Assembly: GCA_023213395.1 (NCBI GenBank)
Contig: CM041465.1
Location: 67,463,741 to 67,527,740 of the forward strand
Origin: Cycas panzhihuaensis
Taxonomy: Eukaryota; Plantae; Cycadophyta
Direction of reading: 5' to 3'
DNA length: 64,000 bases
In this document: positions 40,131-55,100 of the stretch, piece by piece
Position numbering within the stretch: position 1 is the stretch's first letter
Layout: every line of letters starts with the position of its first letter
The notes under the pieces: model-generated
What the model saw: only the letters and a program-made list of their open reading frames with translations
Told to the model about the DNA's origin: nothing
Database searches by the model: none
Program-made: the position numbers and the translations under genes

Positions 40131-40376
40131 ACTATTTTCACTAGCTTCCTTACCTTTCCTATTTAAAGTTATGTAGATTTTGGTAGTATATTTATAATAA
40201 CACCAAGCACACCCTCTTTATAGTAACAATGACCACTTCTATAAAATGGGATCATATATATTGGAGTAAAGGGTCTTTAAACACCTTATTATTGATCATA
40301 GTCTTTGAGATAGTCTCAAACATTTATAGACCATTTCACCATCATCAAGACATTTTTAATGGCACATAGATAAAGA

Positions 40377-40560
40377 GTTGTAACAAGTCTTTTACAAGAC
40401 TTGCGAGATTTTGAACTTATAATGCATCAAGTAAGAAAGTTTTGTGAAATAAAGAGTGAAAAGTCAAAGTATTATTGACAAATAGTTTGCGATTTTATTA
40501 ATAATTTCTATGCTTTATATATTAATCATATTCTAAAAGAAGAGAATATAATTATTATAT
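40377..40560 (+). mobile_element. Relic of the additional (archaeal-type) RNase H of a Tat/Ogre gypsy element
   Basis: RDFELIMHQVRKFCEIKSEKSKYY*QIVCDFINNFYALYINHILKEEN resembles GDSELIV.QV....K...L..Y...V.D....F....I.HI.REEN. Confidence 0.65.
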
Positions 40561-40734
40561 TCGAATCATGCTTATATTACTTGAGATGATTTTGTTGATA
40601 CCATATGCTAATGAATTGAAAAACTTAATGCTCTTTCATATGAAGTCCAACTATCACATTAATTTCAACACGATTTACAATCGAAAACTTTGCTAAATAA
40701 TTTAAGAGATTCTAACTCAAAACAAATATTTGTG

Positions 40735-40818
40735 TGGATACATTTCCTGTGTGGATGTTTCCCTAGCATACTGCTATGGATACATTTCCTGTGTGGATGT
40801 TTCCCTAGCATACTGCTA
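40735..40818. repeat. Perfect 42-bp tandem duplication
   Basis: TGGATACATTTCCTGTGTGGATGTTTCCCTAGCATACTGCTA, two copies. Confidence 0.95.
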
Positions 40819-40993
40819 GGGTTTTACCATGTTGTATTAGGTACATATGTGATGTCTAGCTTATATATTGATGTTATTGTATTATCTCTGATTTTAGAAC
40901 TTGCATGTTAAATCTTAATTTTGATTCCTGTAACTAGTTACAGAATAGTTCAGATCTTGTGGCAGTTTAAGGTTTAGGACCTTGTGTTCTCAA

Positions 40994-43900
40994 TAGTGCC
41001 TTGAGGGGGATTAAGCCTTATCAAAAGGATTTGAAATGGTATAAAATCTAATTAAATTTTTATAACCTTTTTTGAAATGGTATAAAATCTAATTAAATTT
41101 ATATAACCTTTTACAACATAATATTAATCAAATAAAAAAAGGTGAACAATGTTGAAACATTGAACGATAAGGTGACTACACAGGGAGAAAATTATCGAAT
41201 AGAGATGTGAATCTGATTAGAAAATGATTGATTCACATCGATCTTAGATACAAAGGGGGGGAATGATGAATCCTCCAGATGGACTAAGCCAGAAGATGTC
41301 AAAAAATGATTGAAATATTAGATCAATTAAGAACTGAATAACATCGAATAGCAAATAATGATCTGCATAGGTGGTGTTTTAGCATAACCAGAGGAAAAAA
41401 CATTCATAGATCAATTAATTTAGAGATACAAGGAGGGGCAACTGATCTACCAACTGGATCAGCTCTAAATGATCAAAGAAAAATCAATTTAAATTTATGT
41501 ATTATATGAGAAAATACAGAGAACGACCACAGTGGTGCACGGTGAATAGAGAGGATGGTGAACATAATAATGCTAAATAGGGGCTAAAGAACATTGATTA
41601 ATCTCAGGTCTGAGCTAAGATAAGTATACAAGAGGCACTTGAGGGAAGTATACTCAAATACACAAAAAAAATTCAAAAATATTGACAAAAAATGAAGGAG
41701 TATAGTGAAAACCTTCAAACGGGAGCCAGGATCTTTCTTTGTAAGCTATAAAATAAGAGAAATTTTGATAGGCAGTGAGGTATCCTAGGTAATAAGGGGC
41801 TCATAAAGTTCAACGATGAACTGATACTTTTATGCTGAGAACAGGCGTGCAGACCAAAAATAAGCCAAACGGAGTGACCGACAAACAAACTAAAAGAACT
41901 CACAGTACAACTAATAAAAACACAAATGATTTCTTCCACTAGCTCACTAGTTTAGCAATGAACACAATGAGTAGTCATATGCTTATGTTTTGAGAATTGG
42001 ATTTGATGCACAAGCCTATCAAATTAAGGCTATATAGTCACCCAAAACTAATGTGAGATAAAATTTGTGAATTGAAAATATTAACTGAAATAATTTTAGA
42101 ATATATAAATTTAAACTTTAATATATTGAAACCAAATGAACATAGCCAAAGATGAGCTATGAGATAACCAAGCAATAACATGACACTCTGATACCAAATA
42201 TAGGTTTCTTGTGAAGAGCAGAGTATAGAAGTAACAACTTAATCCATATTGTAAAAGATGTAAAATATCATTTGTATTAATCCATATTGCTCAAAGTACA
42301 TAAAATATTCCTTGAACGGGTGTTGTTGATGAATACCGAGGGAGATAACCGTATGAAATATATACTTTTGAGGAAGGAGGGAAACCTCCTTAACCTCCAA
42401 TTCAAATTAATATTAAATAATGTTCAATATTAAATACACTTACCTAACTTACCTTTGAGGATTGTGCATTGCATACTCCAATGTGGGGTCATGCGATGAG
42501 TACTAACCTAGCAATAGGTATCTAAAAGAGTGAGAATAAGTTTAAATAGTCTATATTTGGTCATTTAACCCTTTCCTACTATAGCCTTATTTCTCCTTTT
42601 GTCCTTTATTATACACTCATTATTGTTAAATATAACCTTGTAATCTTGTCCCATTATTTGCCCTATTAATAATAAGTTTTTCTTTAAGGAAGGAATATAC
42701 AAGATATCATCAAGATATTTATACTCTCATATATCTATCATGAGGGCTATGTTACCTCTACCAATATATTCATGGGATGTATCATCTCCAAACATTATTG
42801 ATCATTTTCTCCTCTTGTCTAAGGTATAAAATAGATATTCCTTGTGAGTCATGTGGGTTAAGTAACTTAAGTCAATATACCAACTATCATCATCTTCATC
42901 CTTGGCAGTAAAATAGGATAAGAATAGTCTATTATTATCCCTTTTTTCTATAGTAATATATACACTACCTTAAGTGGATGGTCCATATTTGGAGAAATAC
43001 TTATCTTCTGTGTGATTACTATAATGATAATAGGAGCAATATACAGATTCTCTTCTTCCATAACTTAGACTTCTACTTCTTGGATGAGTTCTATCAATGT
43101 CGGAAGGTCTCCCCCTTTCTCATAATGTGGAGCTAGATTTTCCCTTTGTCTATTGTCATAGTAATCATGATTTGATCATGTGGATTGAACATTTCCTTAG
43201 CAATTAAGATAATATGAGTATCCCTTAGATTATTTTTCCTAATTTAGATGCCTAGGAGGATTCACATTTCATTGATTTCCTCCTTGTCTCCTTTGATATG
43301 GAGCTTGGTACTTATATAGATCTTGTTTCAAATCCCTTCTAGGATTCCTATCCCTTCTCTTAGGAGGTGATTCTATAGATTTTAAAATACCTACTTGAGA
43401 GTGAGATTGAATCCTATCCTTAGTAGCAAAGGCATGCTCAAGTGAATCGTTCACGTTTTATTATTATTCAATTGATATTAACATGGTACTTAGTTGCTCC
43501 ACTTTTAGTGTGCCTAGATCTTTTGACACCCATATTCTTGTCATAACCATTTCAAATCTTCTAATGATACTTACACACCTTAATATTCTTTCCACTACTT
43601 GTTCTTCCATCAATGTGTCTCCAAGTGACCTCATTTGGTTGACTATATCTTAAATTTTAGTCATGAACTCTGTTACTAATTCTATGGGCATCATTCATAA
43701 ATTTTTAAGTTTGCTCCTAAGGTTTTAGAGCTTAGATGAAATAACTCCTTCATAGATTAGCTGGAAAGTATCCCATGCTTCCTTTAATTTAGTTGACTCA
43801 CTAACCCATGGGAAAACATGATCTTCTAATATACAAAATATAAGTGCAAGTGTTTTATTATCCTTTTTAACATTTTTCTTGTAAGTTACCTTTTTAGCAT

Positions 43901-46188
43901 TAATGGTATTTTATTCTAACTTACTATATTATGTTTTCACAATCTCCCACATATCTTTAATAATGAATATGGGTCTCATCCTCCTACTCTAGTTTAGAAA
44001 ATTATTATCATCAAACTTAGGAATTATCACATTTCTAAAACTAGATGTCATCTTTTAGCCAAGGTTTTTAAAAACAATAAATAAAGTGAGGTTTACAAAG
44101 GTTTGAGTTTGAAATTTAAACCAAGAGATAATGTCCAAAGTTTTGCCTCAAGTTTTCAAAGTGTCCTAGTCCCTAATAAGACTTTCAAGCTCTAAGTTTA
44201 AGGGTCTTCAAGGAAAACCTTCGATTGTTATTCCATCTAATGGCACCTACCTATAAGTGGTAAAATAGGAACCTAATATACTAGTATGTGAGCTTAAGGC
44301 TCGATATACCTCAGGACGTAGGCTTCTATAAAGGTTGTTATATCCCCTAAGTTGTTAGTTCACCTATGCCAGACTTATACCTAATGATAGATCTAGAAGT
44401 GAAGGTTGAACTAACTAAGGAACTCACCCTTTTTAAGTCTAGTCTTGGTCTTTGAACACTGATAAATGATTGGCTCTCCATCTCAACCTGTCACTTGATA
44501 CACCTTATAGCCAATGACTTTCCTCATCCAATATGAGTAGGCCAATTGGTGTATGTGTTCTACTAACTTCAGATGACCTAACCATTCCCTTTGCAAGGCT
44601 AAAAAAAAAGTATGGTTGATTTGAGAGTTATTTTTCTTAATATGAGAATATATTTTAATTTAAATGTGGAAGATTAAACTTTTATGAAATGGAAATATGA
44701 TTCAAACTCACTTCAAATGAAAATGTGATACTAACTTTCTTCAAATTATAATAAAGTAAGTAAACGAATCAATGAATATGATACTAAATTTCCTTAAATT
44801 ATAATAAAGTAAATAAATGAATCAATGATGTTTTCCTTATTCAAATGGACCAAGGAACATAAACTGGTATGCAAACTAGTGCTTTCAAATCGATATATTT
44901 TATGGGAAAGATAAGAAGCTATATGCTCCTTTTGAATACAATGTAATAAGAAACCTTTAATACTTTGTATGCCAACTAGCTTTTAGAATATTAAAATGAA
45001 ACTTTTGAGACAAATAAATAATCAATGAAATTTATAACTTTTAAGTTGAGAAAAAGATCTAAAGCCTTTGATAAATAATAAGATGATTTCTTATCTAATA
45101 TACAAGATAAATCTATTTGATTTTGAATGTGAAGGTGCTCCTTTATAAGATCAAGAATAACTATATGAAACTTACAATTTATAAACAGAATCTATGCTCA
45201 AAGTGATTAAAATTTTTAAGAATATGTATGTATTCATTTGATAATACAAGAAATGAAATAGAATTAATGTATATAGTACTCGTTTGACATTTTCGTAGTA
45301 TTTAGGTTACTTGAAGATTATAGTTCTAAAACTAATGTTAGTTAGCTAAAAAATAGCTTAGGATATATACAAAAACCTATTAATAACTCCAAAAATTAAT
45401 TAGCAATAAATAATACTCAAATATAATCATTTGAAATAAGAAAATGCTAAAAAAATATTATTAAATAAGCATGTTTAGGGTTGAACTATAACCTTAGATT
45501 GATTAGCTTTAGAAACCTACAAAATGATATCAAAATATAATAAAATTGATACCAACATGAAGTGCTCTAAAATAGCTTTCTGATGAATCTTACGGTTCAA
45601 AAATCAGAGTTGAAATAACTAAGTAATTATAAAAAAACATGAGCAGGCCTCTTTTTGGCTAGTAGAATAATTGCTAGAAAAAAGGTATCACTTTGATCAA
45701 TTAAAACTTAGTGAAAATGAGTTCAAATTTGATAAGTGATAATACCACACTAAGGAACTCTAAAATACGGTTCTAATGAGACCAGTTTTACTAAAAACTA
45801 ATACTCCAAGGATAAGTTATAGCATTAAATATGATAACTGCTCTTCGACAAAAAATATAAATAAAAGCTTAATAAAATAAAGCATTAAATACGGTCACAT
45901 GGAGTTGTTTTAAACGAAAAACTAGATCTCTATAAGGGCTATAGACCTCCAACACTCAGCAGATGTTTACTAGCTCTTGAAGAAAGATAAAGTCTAAAAA
46001 AATATCTTGAAATATAAGAAAAAATTCCTCTTAATAGACTCGAAAAAGAGGTCACATGCAATTGAAGCTGGGGGCTAATACCCTTAAACCCACTTGGATT
46101 TCAAATAGAGTTAACAACAACTAAATTTTTAATAACTTTAATAAACCTTATAAGATAGATCAAATGCGATTTAATAAACTAGACATAT

Positions 46189-46219
<31 letters not shown>

Positions 46220-49093
46220 AACTTTTACAAAGCTGTGATAGCCATGTGACCTTCGTTGAGATGAAAAGATAAATTTTGATCCAAATAAAAATAAAAAAAA
46301 GATCTAGAAGATTCAGAGTTGAAGATCAATGAGGTGCATAGTTAATGAAAGCTTCAGATTGATCAAACTCAATAAAACACATAAATAACATAGTGTAACG
46401 AAGCACATCTTAGTGAGACATTGAAAGCCAGATGGAGGTTCAATGGTGGAACTAAGGCCAACTATGAGTAGGATAATCGCTAAATAGTGATCAAATCTCT
46501 TTACACTTGCTCATCGAAGAGGGATGCCTAAATATATAGTCTCAAATCACAAAAAAAAATTCAAAATTTATTTCTTATAAGTGAAAAAGCAAGAGAAAAT
46601 TGAGAAAAAACCTAGACTTAGAGGTTTAAGTAATTCAAACTTCTCACTTGGTATATGGATTCTCACAAGCTTTTAGGTGTGGCTAGGTTCACCTGATAGC
46701 CAGACTTTAGCAAAACTTTGTGAAGAATAACTACCTCTAGACCTAAAACGAAGTTACAGAATAAAACGAGCTAAAAATGGATATATGGTGACTCCAAGTG
46801 AGATTTCTCTTAGTGCAAGAAATGAAAATCAATGAAATTTCTTCCAATAGCTAAATGAATCAATTGTGAATAGAATGAGTATTCATATACAATAGTTCTA
46901 AGTAATGTGGGAGGCACACTCACTGGTTCTAAAACAGCTATCAATGGTTTCAAAAATAAAGAAATGGAAACCGAATGTAATAAAATGAAATATTAATAAA
47001 TATGAATGATTTTCCCTAAAGTTTAATAAACTTTGACAAATAATATCAACCTCATACCAAAATAACCATGATGAAGTGTCGTGAGATTCCTTGTGTCCTC
47101 TGAACACCCACTCTGACACTAAATGTTAGAAGCGAGGTGCAAAGCGAGAGATTACATTAGCGAGTGCATATTTTCAAAGTAAAAATTAAATTTCCAAATA
47201 ATATATTAGCAATTTTAAAAAACACTAGGGAGGTATTTCCATCCCATTTATAGGCAAGTTTAGGGAGACAGTAAGCGCTTCAACCTAACACAATCAAAAG
47301 TAGATGCATCAGCTCCTTTGGTAATTGGTGGCAGCTGCTAGGTGGCCTGAGGTGTCGTAGGGAGGCCCAAGGTGGCATTGATGGGCCCTAGGTGCACATT
47401 AGTATAAGAACATTAGGTATTATCCCAACATGATGAAGGTAATATTATATAGAATGAAGGGTAAATAAATCTAGATCTACGAGTAAATTTAATATTTGAT
47501 AGGTATAAAGGAAATAAGTGGGGAATAAGGGCTATCCATTCCTTATGGGAAAAGGGTTTTGGTAGTGACATGTGAAGATGATTTATAGAGTAATGTAAAG
47601 GGTTAAAGGGAAAACATATATGATAGTGAGAAGGTTGGTGGTAGTGAGAGTGGGGATGTAGATGAGAAAAAGATAATACTTTATCAAGATAGTGTATAAT
47701 GCTAGTATTAAAGGTTGAAACTTCTTAAGAGAGGTTTAGAGGAGAAGGAATATAGAGGTAGCGATAAAGATATTTCTTAAGAAATCGATCATGAAAGAGT
47801 ATCTCATGTAGAATAAGAACTTCATATATTAGGAATAAGGAACCTAGAGTTTCAAGTTTTAAGTTATTTATATGATTTTATTGTGTAGGGGATGGGATAT
47901 TCTATGAGGCTATAGAATTTAGAAAGTTGAGATGAATAAGGAGACTTCCAAAATAAATGGGTAAATGTAAGATAACATCAGGATTTCAAATAAGTACCCA
48001 TTTTGAGTAATCTCACATCTTAGATTTTTTTTCAAGTTACTCATCGATGGAAATTTTCTCACTTGACTCGTGTTATTTATTATGTCACCATCTTATTCAT
48101 TGATATGCTCTTCTCTAAGTTCTTTTTTAATTAGATCAATCATTTCTTCATGTGTGTCATGTAACCACTTATTTTATGACTCAATCATAGGCTCCTTGCT
48201 ATATTATTCCTTGATCTAATTAGCTAGCTTTTCTTCTCTCTTTTTTTTTTTTGCCTTCTCCTTGTAAGCTCTTAGTCTTGCTTAAATCCTACTTAATACA
48301 TCCTCATTATCTTCTTTCTAATATTTATTCTTGAAGTTGCTAAAGTCCTCTATAGTGTAGTCCATTGGTAGTCATTTAACTACCTTATAATCCTTTTATC
48401 AAATTTGATAAGAAAATCCCTTAAGAATTATTCCTAGTTAAAGCAATTTCTTAAGAGTTTACTTATGACCCACCCTAAAGTTTTATCACTAAAATATAGA
48501 TAAATAATTGAGATGAAATGCTCATTTTTTATGTGAGGTGAAAGTTTAAGACTATTTCTATCTTACTCAGCCATGCTATGGCTCGCATTCCCCTACCTCT
48601 AGTGAAAATAGGTATGTTTGTATCTATCATTATACATTAACTTTAAATAATAGTTAATATATCAAATCAGGTTGAAAATACATTAAATAATATCTCAAAT
48701 TGATAGCCTTTGAAATAAAATTTTAATAGTTAGACAAAATAAAATTCTAACACTTGTAATAAAGTTATGGCCCTTTAAGGGTATGTCATAATTAGGGTAT
48801 TTTGAGACTACAATAGCACTTGTTACTAAAATATTGATAACACTTTACTCCATACCTAGTACATCTTAAACGATTTCCAACATAAAATAGATTTTGAGAC
48901 ACACAAAAACAAAATATATTTGAAGTCAGTTATGATTATTTGAAGTTGTAATAACAAATTTTAAACCCTAAAATGATAATAGATAATAAGATAAAATTAA
49001 ATTCTCCATAATTTTTATAATTTTCCTATAAACCTTGGACTATAAGAACTCAAAAATTATAAAACATGCTTATTTAGATTAAATTCATGATTA
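40994..49093 (+). repeat. Segmental duplication, copy B (5' parts of the non-autonomous element, older copia and old gypsy-like element)
   Basis: Contains LTR 42199-42513, gag-PR 42519-44051 (minus) and LTR 47124-47430 followed by TGATG. Confidence 0.95.
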
Positions 49094-50138
49094 CACACCA
49101 ATATCTTGAAGAAATCACACCAATATCTCGGAGAATGTACCTTTTGAACATCTGAGGTGGCATGCGTGAGATTTCCTGCCACATTGCCTCGTAGTCCCTG
49201 AACCCAAGTGCCCACAATGTCAGACCTTCCGCACATGGGTTGGGGTTATCGTGCAATGCCAGACCTACCATGAGAAGCTTGCCTACGCTTTTGGCAATCA
49301 TCATAAGTTTCACTTACTGTAATTTGACGTTCAAGCTATCAAGGTAGCCTCTTACTCTTACCTTAATGCTTCGCGTGCTCAAGTAGACTTTGGAAGGGTC
49401 CCACAACCACTTCTGTATATCGAAAAAATACATTCCATCAAAATATCGATAATCGAAATAGAGATACAATATGCCGTTACAAACTGTGGATTTGCTCAAA
49501 TACTACCACTGCCGTGGATTTGTTGGAATGTCAAACAAAGCCCATTCATCTGTAGAGGAATCATATATTGCTATTGCTCTCGAGTTCCACACTGTTCCCT
49601 TGTATCCACTGCCAATTACAATGACTTTGTATTGTGTTTTCATACAACTCGATCTATCAATGATAATGTTCATCAGGGGAATGACTTTTGTCCTAACCTT
49701 GATGGGTGGAAGTACTTTCCATTTCTTGAGAACAGGATTGCACATGAAATAATGAAATTCTCCATAAGACTGTTGTATGATACCACAAACCAACCCACCT
49801 GCAGAAGCCTTTATGCATACTTTATGAATGGGCAAATAATTAGAGAGGGATATCAGATGAGTATACCACTTATTGGAAGTGAAATCATATATCCATAATC
49901 CTTGATTCCCTTTCTCAAGAAATGTAAACAATGTTGGATTTCTAGAATGGTTACATACACTCTGTGAACGCCTCCTGCAGAGAAACTTATTTGATAAAAT
50001 AATTTCATTCCATTTCTTACACACTACTTGAAATGTAACCAATGACCGAACAAGTAGAAGGCTCAGCATTATTTCCAGCAAATCTTCGGGAACATCTCTC
50101 CATATCGTCGCATCCATCAGGGCAACTGCAACATCCAT
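49074..50138 (-). pseudogene. Intronless F-box/kelch-repeat (F-box associated beta-propeller) protein pseudogene, 3'-truncated
   Basis: F-box WRDVPEDLLEIMLSLL..FQVVCKKWN, ASAGGLVC..FMCNPVLKKWKVLPP, IYDSSTDEW, VCNGILY, WQEISRMP. The three listed ORFs are one frame broken by TAG (49503-49505) and TAA (49314-49316). Confidence 0.92.
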
Positions 50139-50599
50139 ATAGTCAATGCCCTGCTACACAATTTTGAACCGCACCTATAATAGTCGGATATGGCATTTAG
50201 CAATAAACGCAACTTATTTTATTACAAATATGTGTGGATTATTAACATTTCACTATATATTAAATTATTACTGACTTATTCTCATACCATCGTACTGCAG
50301 ACTACTTATGTTTTGGCGAGGGTTAGTAAAGTTTATGACATTAAGGAAATCACCAATGGTCAAGTGCTTTCCATGAAAAATCATGGAAAATCCCACCCAT
50401 TTCTTGGCCAAAGAAAGAAAGCTCCAACTAAATAATCCAATTTCAACAAACAAACATAGTCCAAAATAAATTTGACTATCAAATATTCTTTCACAAAGAA
50501 AAGAACATAGTACCACATACACTCTATGGAGATTTTATCAATCAATTTAAATGCATTCCAAACCACCACATAGTCTTCACAAAAGTGAACTTGGCCAAG

Positions 50600-52150
50600 C
50601 CCCTTAGCAAGGAGATTACCCTTTGTATTGGAGAGAAACTATTAGTCCATAAGTTCTATTATCTTAACATCTGAAATCCTCATTTAAAGTTATGAAAACA
50701 TTAAAACATTTTGGTAAATTTTGCCCTTTACTTATCTCAAAGCCTTGTTTACAATCTCCATATGTTATAACTTTGAATAATGACAAGGGAAAAGTCTCAT
50801 GCTTCCACTCATATTTCCCACCTCTTCAACTAGCCAATGCCTTCTCTAATATTATTAAAGACACTCAATTGCCTCTTAGAGCCTTAACCGAGGTTGGATG
50901 ATCTTGTCTTAGTCGAGAAAATATAATTGTATTCACATTAGTCAAAGTCCAACTTATCTAAGAATCTTATCCCCTAGGAAGACTAAATTAGTCATGCAAA
51001 ATGGTTGCTCTAGCAAAGAAGTATGCAAAGTATGAACTACTTTGCTACACTAAATTATATTGAAATTATTATTTTAATGGAGAAATATCTATTGAATGTT
51101 AACCTAAAAGACATCCTCCCATAGTAATATGCATGGATATTCATTATCTGTGATGCATAATTTCATCGATAATTATTTCATTGTTGAAGTTGGTATACTC
51201 AATCTTCTAGATCTTTAAGAGTGTAAAGTTTGTGTCATAAAATTGATATATCACTTGGTGAATCTAACGATCAAATGATTTCATATCTTTATACTATAAC
51301 CCTAATATGAGTGACACTATGCATTTCTTTACATCGTGGTTAAAGATCTCCTCCTTTATTTTCATTCAGATCCTACATTTCATAGAGCCTAGCTTGTTCT
51401 CTATATGCAAATTTTTTTATTGGTAGTCTAAGCATTTTTGCCTCCATTAAGTTCTTTGTGAGGACCACCATGTATAGATGGCTTCCCACTATTCCATCCT
51501 TTGGGTAATTAGTTGATTTTAACACGACAAAATTTTTGTATGATATAGAAGGAGGACTAGCCTTTAATTACATCGAGCTTGAATTCTTAATCTATTCAAG
51601 ATTTAAAGAATATTTCAATCTCTTTGAACCTAACATGTTTTTATCCAATGTGTTGAGACTAACTTATAGCTCCTACAATGACTCTATTGCTACTAACCCT
51701 TAAGGTAATATAATGTGAATCATAACATTTCCCTATGTTTGTCTCTTTTGCTATAGGATTTAGGTAAAAGTCATTCTAAAAGCTCTTTTATCAAGTTTAA
51801 TAATTTCCTTTGACATACTTTGGTTACTACAATGGTTTTACACAACTTTGAAACCTTGTCCCTAGACATGTTGGTCAAATATAATGGGTTTGTGGTGGGA
51901 GTTAGACATTCCTAAGTCCATATCTTAGTGAAGAGGGCTTAATAAGTAGATGGCCAAGATTCATCAAAGAAGAGAGCTCAAAGTTATGAAAGAGGCATCA
52001 TATACAAGTCCTAGGTCTATTGACATAAAGAAAGATAGGCTACGTAAAGGAAGTATAAAGGTAATTAGACCATAAGCAATGCCTACTCTAATGGCCAATT
52101 ATTAGGGACTTGTATCAAAAAGACTTTTAGTTAATCAAGGCTACACATGC
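50600..52150 (-). mobile_element. Very degenerate gypsy-like gag-pol relic
   Basis: Faint minus-strand motifs NTIIFSRL and GKYEW (RT-like). Boundaries uncertain. Confidence 0.3.
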
Positions 52151-55100
52151 CTAACTACCCTCATGCAAATTTCAAGGGAGAAATAAAGAAACAATCTATA
52201 TCAACTTTCTATTCTAATTAACCAAGGAATTACCACTTGATAAATGATGTTTACATTGTCATATAAAACATGGATCAAATTTCTAACAAGTATAAGGCTA
52301 CCTAATAACCTTAGGTTGAATCCTAAAGTGAGTTGATCCCTCTTAGTAATTATGGCTTTAACACTAGACATGATAGAAAATCAAATCAAGGGCATAAGAC
52401 CAACATGCTTACTAAAGCAAGTCGATGCCTCCCAAGGGGTGGATTAATCTAAGAAGATAAAAACATAAAGGAAAAAGTGAAAATAAAGTAGCAAATAATT
52501 AATAACTATGAAATAAATAACAAATGATTACTAGTATAATGGATCATAGACCCAAACACTATATGTCATTCCTAATTGTCATTTCAATTGTGATTGAAAT
52601 AAAGAAACTTGAATGAGGTACGATATGAGAGTGATCCTCTTAAGGAATATAGGAGTAGAACGAACCTATATACTAAGGTCATATCTCTAATTCCCTACTA
52701 TAGAGCCTATAGTAAACATGGCTAGAACCTAGACAACTGGTAAATAGTAGCCCTAGATATAAGTAGTGAATTAAAATATAACTTATGTCAAAATCATATA
52801 GCTGAACATGCTAAAATAAAAACTTAAAGGAAAAGGAAAGAATGAAGCGATAATTACCTGGAAACTATCATTATGGATTTGTCTTTAGGGTTAATCCCTT
52901 ACTATGTTTATTTATCTACCTTCTACTACATTTAACTCTCATACCATTTTGACATAAATATTCATTTATTATGGCTACAAGATCTGAAAACCAACAAGCA
53001 CATATGAATTTTTAAAAAGAAAACAAAATCGAATAATAAATGAGGCTATTAGAGAAGCTAGTACATTTGTCCTGTAAGAAATAGTATATAATATTATAAT
53101 TGGAAATAAAGCAAGAAAACAATCCCTAAAAATGGAAACAAATGTTTCTAATAAATCCTTAGATAATGGATGGTGATCATATACTATTATGAAACAACCA
53201 ACAACTTATTAGGAACCCTATTTCAAAGTATGATAGGTATATTTCCACCTTTAGTGATAGGGCTTCTTACATCATGAGATTGTGAGGTTAACTAGATGTT
53301 TTTAGGATTTGTATCCAATGTGTCTAGTACATAGTATGGGGGTTTTGTTGCCTGTGATATGTAGATTAATTTATTTGATCAATTATGGTGAATGTAGGTT
53401 TGGTTTCTATAAACAACTATCAAGGTTTTAAAGTGCATAAAGTTAAGTTTTTTTTTTTTCTTTTTTTTTTTATAATAAAGTTTTATAATTTTTAATCATA
53501 AGATAAAAACAACTCAAAACTAAAATAAGATAATACAAATCAAATGGAGCAAAATGAGTGGGAAACCTAGGATTTGAGAGGTTGATTTATCTATGAGAGA
53601 AATATGACCCCATTATTTAGGGTAAAAATAACTCTAAATGAGGTCTACAATCTTAAATTCTCTACTTATTACCTCTTTGCACTAGAAAAGCTACTCCCAA
53701 CCCTATCTTTCATGTATATTTAACCCATAAGCAAACATATTAATCTATATCTTTATTTAAGTGAAGTTTTATTATATCTATGGGAAAACTTGTTGACCAC
53801 CTTTAACTAAAGTGTAATCAATTAAATACTAGGATTGTGGTTCCAATGACTCAAATATTTCCATGCATAAACACCATGCTATACACAACAAAGTTTAAAA
53901 CCATCTTGAGCCATCCTCAGATTTTGAGGAAGAATAATGTATCATGTATCATGTATCCAAGAGGCACTTAATGTTATTTCTAGTTGAGGGAAAGGAGGGA
54001 AAGCCTATTAACAAATAATTATTAAATTTATTCCTGTTAACTAACTTGATGAACCACTTAGGTCCCATGATCCATAATATAGCATGCTTTCACCATGTTT
54101 TGTTATTTTTCTTCCTTGGAGATTGTGAAGCTTTGGCAAGCCCTAGAAGAACTTTGGATTGACATTTAAGTAGTAGTATGCTTCTAGTTTGTATAAGGGT
54201 TTCTCCTAAAATCTCCTCTATCTCTAGATGAAGCTTTGAATCCCTTTACAATTATGAGCTTTCCTCTTTACTTATGTGATCTCTTTGCCTTCCAATCTAC
54301 TTTCCATAAATCTTCTTTCTCCTTTGATATGTCTCTGAATGGATATACCTCCTTTCAAGTTTCTATTCAAATTAATACTCCTCCCATCACAAATTAATGG
54401 TCTAATATATGTTGTCTATTTGAATGGTACTCTCTCTTAAGTCACTCAACTAATGTGATCCTATCCCCATTCAATAGCTCTTTATTTGATGTTTGAATGA
54501 TTATTTATTCTCTTCCAAGCACCTTTATCTCACACATCATGAACATGTCTTTTGTGTTTTATCTCTATAAGATCTCATCCCTCCTGCATTATAAGTCTTA
54601 CACTCAATGATGCATTCATCCATCATTCCTAATGGCCTCCCTCCCACCATTTTCAAGCTTAATATGGGAACCTTACAACTTCATCTAAAACTACCAAAAT
54701 TTATCCAATCTTTGAAGACAAAACTATTTGAGAAGGGATGGTATGTTATGTCTTATGTCACAATTATAATGTACTTAAAGAAGTTGGCTAAACAACATCT
54801 TGTGGAAATCAATACCATGTCTCTAATTATAAATAGAAGCATAAGGGTTGAAGTATTCCTTGCATTTCTTAATGTTTTACTCTTTAAGATGCTTAATCCT
54901 TTATTTGTGCTCTCAGAGATGCGATCTCCAACTTGAAGTCTAGTAACATTCTTATTAGAATGCTATAACTCCCCTTTTGTTTGAAAGTAGTGGCCATTTT
55001 ATTTCCTTTCTAAATAGGATATGATCATGAGGTCAACTCAATGATGATTTGGATGCACATGTGATATCTAATCCACCTCTCCTCATCATGGGATTCTAAA

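Noticed and set aside
40490-40565. Hemerythrin-like H..KEE..IF motif
   Set aside because: The wider context fits the Tat/Ogre additional RNase H much better
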